A DNA stretch of 26,667 nt from a virus. Taxonomy: Duplodnaviria; Caudoviricetes. Below, in pieces: positions 22,670 to 26,667 of this stretch (the first letter of the stretch is position 1; each line of letters opens with the position of its first letter). The position numbers were made by a program, and so were the translations under genes. The DNA is taken from positions 1 through 26,667 of IMG/VR virus record IMGVR_UViG_3300044512_002323. One strand, 5' to 3'. Below the pieces are notes generated by a model. The model made no database searches. It saw nothing but the letters and a program-made list of their open reading frames with translations, and was not told the origin of the DNA.

Positions 22670-25165
22670 TTATAGGTTTATTTTATCTAGTTTTTCAGCC
22701 AAAAGATCAAGTTTCTTTTCTAGGTTGATTATTTTTTTGTCTTGGGCTTTTACACCCTCGACCAAGAATGAGATGATACGGATATAATCCATGCTGTTTA
22801 CATGTTCGCCGTCTTGGGCGAACTCAACGATTTCTGGTAAGACCTTGCCGACTTCCTCTGCGATAAATCCATAGTCAAGTTTTCCTGTGTCTTTCCAGAC
22901 ATAGGATACACCGTCTAGTTTCTTGAGAGTTTCCAATGGATCGACTAAGGGTTTTACTTCTTTCTTGTAGCGAATAGAAGAGTAAGTAAGGTAAGCATTT
23001 GCTTTGATTTGTCCTGAAGCATCACTATTGTCTGGTAAGGTGATCGCATGTGTAATGTCGTCTTCTGCGACACCTATTCCAAGGTTACTATCGATATACA
23101 CATGAGATCCAGAAATAACAACTCCGCAATCAGAGCCAGAAAGTTCTAAGAAATCTCCTTCTCCATTTCTAAATCTGATGTAGCTCTCTTTGTTGTCTCC
23201 AAAGAAAAGTTTGGTATTATCACCAAAAATCATATTCCCAATAGTTCCGTCTGTTTTATCGCTAGTAATCTGAACTTCACCACCAATACGAAGTGGCGAA
23301 GCACCTTGGAGTGTTCCAGCAATCTGAATGGTTGATCCAGAAAGAACAATACCATTGGCAGAACCAGAAATAACCATAAAGTCATCGCCGTTTTCATTGT
23401 ACTCTATGTGGCAGTCGTCATTGTCTCCAAAGATTATCTTTTCGTCGTCTGGTATGTTGATGTCTCCGTTGGCATCAATCGTCCATCTATCGGCTGTTGT
23501 TCCGCCTACCCTTGTTGAAATACCAAATACACTATTTCCATTTGTGTCTGAACCGTTGGCATCCCACCGCATAGTTCCTGCTGTTACAAAACTAGATCCA
23601 TTGTAAGCCTCGGCATTGAATCTAAAGAAGTAATCTGTAGCAGCCACAGCAGAAGGAGATGCTGCTGTTCCCCTTGCTTTTCTTGAGCGAAGGTCCGGGG
23701 CATCTTGGCTGTTGTCGTATTGAGACAATCTTATTTGTGCTGTCTGTGAAGATTCACCGACAATATGTAATCTTGTTGATGGAGAAGTGGTGCCGATTCC
23801 AAGGTTGCCATTTACAAATAAATCATTTTGGAACTGACCGTCTCCGCTAGACGGGATACCAAACACAGGGGCTCCATCATCGCCCCCAATACCACTTGTT
23901 GGAACTCCAACACCAAAAACAGCCGCACCACCGACAATAACATTAGAAGAGGCAGACACTTGACCGTCGACGGTAAGGGTGTGAGTTGGAGTAGTTGTGT
24001 TTATACCAACTCTATTGACCGAAGAGGATACATAAATAGTATCGTCTTGAATTGCTTGATCTGTAGAACTTCCTATAAAAATGTTGCCTTCGTCTAGATT
24101 TGGTGTAGCATTTGTTCTGCCAGCACCACCAACTTTTACTTGACCAGCACTCGCATCAACTCTTAGAACTCTACCAATATTCTGAATAAGGGCACCAGAT
24201 CCAGTTGGAGCAGAATTGGTTAGACTACCTGATACTCCGCTAGAACCGGTTTGGACATACAAGGTATCGCCTTCTGAAAATCCGTCGGTGTCCATTCCCC
24301 TAAGAGAACCAAAGGTAACAATCCTAACTTCTGTGCCGGGGTTCGAAGTGCCGTCCGCAACCAATCCCATAGCAGGCATTTTACTTGGATCATCTGCCGC
24401 TGCCAAAGCAATTGTTGGTGTGTTTCCAGAAACTCCGTCAACATAAACGACTTGACCTCTGGTTAACTGTGCCCCTTCATTATTGATTGCTGTAAAAGAA
24501 ACGGCACCATCATAGAAGTTTCCATAAAGGTTTTCGTATTTGTTGTCTACTTCGCCTAAATCATAGGTGCCATCGGACAAAGGAATGATGTGAGAAGAAC
24601 TTAAGTAACCATTGGCAACAGTAGACCCTGTGATAGAAAGCTTAGAGCCGTCGAATGTAAAGTTGGATGAAGCACCGAATTCGCCATTATTATTATATTG
24701 GATTTCAGTGTTTGCCCCTGCTGGATCAGTACTGGTTTGTAATTGACTTATTTCTACTCTTTTTACATTGTTGGCATCATCAGCATCAGCTAAAAGAATA
24801 AGGTCGGAATCTGTAACTGTTATGCCAGTTCCATCAGTGGCATTTGCAATATCAACAGAAAACACCCCTGAAGAGGCTGCGATTCCGTTTCCAGCCATGG
24901 CTGTTGCTAAATCAGCAACACTTTCTTTTTTCGAAGCATTACTGTCATCGGCATCAATGTATACAATACTGTCGGCACTGACATCTATGGGCACATCTGT
25001 CAAACTGTCTAGATCTAATGCTAGAGATACATCACCGCTAGTTCCCCCTCCAGACAATCCTAGTCCGGCCGTAACACCAGTAATGTCACCTGCAACCTGA
25101 GATTGTTGTGCTTGTTGTCTGATCAAAGACATTAGCTTGGCATGACTATACTTTCCAATCGCCAT
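22670..25165 (-). CDS. Tail fibre / spike protein with C-terminal peptidase S74 chaperone
   Basis: Gly/Ser/Thr/Asp-rich, with fibre motifs VGINTTTP..TL.V.G and GNLGIGTTSP...LHI. The C-terminus is YSSIRYKK...GFIAEEV...MDYIRIISFLVEGVK plus a coiled coil. Confidence 0.85.
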   Translation of the reverse strand: MAIGKYSHAKLMSLIRQQAQQSQVAGDITGVTAGLGLSGGGTSGDVSLALDLDSLTDVPIDVSADSIVYIDADDSNASKKESVADLATAMAGNGIAASSGVFSVDIANATDGTGITVTDSDLILLADADDANNVKRVEISQLQTSTDPAGANTEIQYNNNGEFGASSNFTFDGSKLSITGSTVANGYLSSSHIIPLSDGTYDLGEVDNKYENLYGNFYDGAVSFTAINNEGAQLTRGQVVYVDGVSGNTPTIALAAADDPSKMPAMGLVADGTSNPGTEVRIVTFGSLRGMDTDGFSEGDTLYVQTGSSGVSGSLTNSAPTGSGALIQNIGRVLRVDASAGQVKVGGAGRTNATPNLDEGNIFIGSSTDQAIQDDTIYVSSSVNRVGINTTTPTHTLTVDGQVSASSNVIVGGAAVFGVGVPTSGIGGDDGAPVFGIPSSGDGQFQNDLFVNGNLGIGTTSPSTRLHIVGESSQTAQIRLSQYDNSQDAPDLRSRKARGTAASPSAVAATDYFFRFNAEAYNGSSFVTAGTMRWDANGSDTNGNSVFGISTRVGGTTADRWTIDANGDINIPDDEKIIFGDNDDCHIEYNENGDDFMVISGSANGIVLSGSTIQIAGTLQGASPLRIGGEVQITSDKTDGTIGNMIFGDNTKLFFGDNKESYIRFRNGEGDFLELSGSDCGVVISGSHVYIDSNLGIGVAEDDITHAITLPDNSDASGQIKANAYLTYSSIRYKKEVKPLVDPLETLKKLDGVSYVWKDTGKLDYGFIAEEVGKVLPEIVEFAQDGEHVNSMDYIRIISFLVEGVKAQDKKIINLEKKLDLLAEKLDKINL

Positions 25166-25602
25166 TAGTTTCTAATCTCCACAGCGACAGCAAAGATACT
25201 AACAGACAAGACTATTCCGCCGATAACTCCTCCAGCAAACCACCAGTGTGAGTAGTCGTTTGGGCTTTTTAGTGCTAGTTCTTGTAGCCGCTTGTTCTCC
25301 TCATCCTTTATATTGAGAAGACTTGTGTATTTTTCATTAGCAGAGTTTAGTTTGATCTCGCTGATTTTCAGGTCGAGTTCCAACTTTGCTCTGAGTATTT
25401 CCAGTTCCCTATCCATTTCTATTTTACACTCTTCTGCCGTGTATTTTTGGTCAGTTAGGACTTTGGCTGCTGCTTTCGTATCCATTAGGATACCTGTGAA
25501 AGGTGCTCGCTTGCCCTTCTGGATCTGAGTTATAACTCCCTCTTGTGCCCAAGCAGGGAAAGCAAAGAGTATAACTAAGATTATGGATAGTAGTTGTTTC
25601 AT
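25165..25602 (-). CDS. Exported coiled-coil protein with C-terminal membrane anchor
   Basis: Signal peptide MKQLLSIILVILFAFPAWA|Q, a central heptad-rich region and a hydrophobic C-terminus WWFAGGVIGGIVLSVSIFAVAV. Confidence 0.72.
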   Translation of the reverse strand: MKQLLSIILVILFAFPAWAQEGVITQIQKGKRAPFTGILMDTKAAAKVLTDQKYTAEECKIEMDRELEILRAKLELDLKISEIKLNSANEKYTSLLNIKDEENKRLQELALKSPNDYSHWWFAGGVIGGIVLSVSIFAVAVEIRN

Positions 25603-26216
25603 TCTTTCTTTACCAGTTCCTTATTTACAATATCATAGCCTTCCACAACTCCTACCTTTTCGTAGTCAAAGCCGGGGAGTAAGGCAATCTTCTGCTCTGG
25701 GAACTTACCATTCACAATAAACGAACAAGCCTGACCTACCACTTCTGTAAATAGTGCTGGGTGGGACTTAGGAGGCATTGTTTGTAAATGAGCATTATAA
25801 GAAGCAATCTCGCCTTTCGCATCGAATTCGGTGCCTCGCTGAATATGCGACATGTAATCATGGATTGCTCTAAACTTAGCATTTGTTTCTGGGTCGAAAA
25901 TGTCGTGTTCCGCATCAAGGGTAGAGATCTTGAGAACACCATTTTGCTGAACATCCTGTCTTAGTTCTGCCGCATTTTCGTATGGGTGCTCTGGAACAAA
26001 CTGAACATCAACAACACCTTCGATCCGCTTGAACATCTTATCTACAAATGGTTTCATTGCCTCGAACGAACTAGCAGCAGCAGGATCGAACTTAGGTGCC
26101 TTAGCATAAGCCTCGGCTACTAGTTGGCAATACTTATCCCAGCCGTTTGGTCCGGGTTTCAGCATTAGTTTCTCGTTCATTACAAACTTTCGCCATTCTG
26201 TTATAATCTCTTTCAT
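25599..26216 (-). CDS. Hypothetical protein with possible metal-binding motif (FRAIHDYMSH...GE...H...E)
   Basis: 205-aa ORF with ATGA overlaps at both ends. Confidence 0.75.
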   Translation of the reverse strand: MKEIITEWRKFVMNEKLMLKPGPNGWDKYCQLVAEAYAKAPKFDPAAASSFEAMKPFVDKMFKRIEGVVDVQFVPEHPYENAAELRQDVQQNGVLKISTLDAEHDIFDPETNAKFRAIHDYMSHIQRGTEFDAKGEIASYNAHLQTMPPKSHPALFTEVVGQACSFIVNGKFPEQKIALLPGFDYEKVGVVEGYDIVNKELVKKE

Positions 26217-26656
26217 TGTTCCTCCACCAACTCCTTGACTTGCTCTGGGCTTCTTAGGTTATAGCCTTCTGGATTGAGTTGGGCTGGACTGTTTCCTTTG
26301 CTTACCTCTTTCCACCAAGCCTCCCAAGTTCCGGGTTGGGCTTTGTTTTTTATGTGGTTATAAGTAATGATAATAGGAATGTCTATGTCTAAAACTTTTC
26401 CAGCCATTACCCTGTGGTGTCCGTCGCCAAAGCCAAAAACACCGTCCATAAAAACTGTGACTTCTACTGGATTGCTTTTTGTATCAACAGTTTCAGCCCA
26501 TTTTCTTTTTTCTTCGTCTCCGAGTTTTAGAAAGTTTCTCCACTTTGGCTCGGTTCTGTATTCTCCCATATGAGATTTCAGAAACCTTGCTGGAAACATT
26601 ATCGTTTCTTTTTCTTCGTTGATAAACTTATTCCAGTTTTCGAGTAGCCGCTTCAT
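26213..26656 (-). CDS. ParB/Sulfiredoxin-like domain protein
   Basis: PVEV....G....DGHHRVMA...L...IP matches the ParB/Srx GxHR signature. Confidence 0.7.
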   Translation of the reverse strand: MKRLLENWNKFINEEKETIMFPARFLKSHMGEYRTEPKWRNFLKLGDEEKRKWAETVDTKSNPVEVTVFMDGVFGFGDGHHRVMAGKVLDIDIPIIITYNHIKNKAQPGTWEAWWKEVSKGNSPAQLNPEGYNLRSPEQVKELVEEQ

Positions 26657-26667
26657 TACTCTTCACC

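Noticed and set aside
265-26573. All other plus-strand ORFs and short alternate-frame minus-strand ORFs in the track
   Set aside because: They overlap well-supported genes of a uniformly minus-strand operon and show no protein-family features.
1-26667. Alternative genetic code (stop-codon reassignment)
   Set aside because: Core genes are full length under code 11, and TAA, TAG and TGA all occur as plausible stops.

Overview
This window is the virion-morphogenesis module of a large T4-like myophage with a contractile tail. It is AT-rich and uses the standard genetic code. All credible genes are on the minus strand. In transcription order they encode: two small proteins with similar N-termini (one ParB/Srx-like), a membrane-anchored coiled-coil protein, an 831-aa fibre with an S74 chaperone, two hypotheticals, large terminase, portal, two hypotheticals, a CxxC membrane protein, an unannotated 17-aa Cys-Cys peptide, prohead protease, a hypothetical, ribosomal protein bS21, a hypothetical, a 1184-aa repeat fibre with an S74 chaperone, a hypothetical, scaffold, major capsid protein, gp13/gp14/gp15-like neck and tail-completion proteins, tail sheath, tail tube and a gp26-like tail/baseplate assembly protein. 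The most notable observations are: (1) a probable +1/-2 ribosomal frameshift at GAA-TTT-TTT-T that extends the gp26-like protein; (2) a phage bS21 among head genes, several of which have strong Shine-Dalgarno sites; (3) a recurrent ACTA(T/A)TTA motif upstream of structural genes, plus one sigma70-type promoter; (4) [S/T]-G-S tripeptides confined to virion-surface proteins; (5) T4-like capsid-targeting N-termini. All calls come from reading motifs and gene order by eye. No database search was run.
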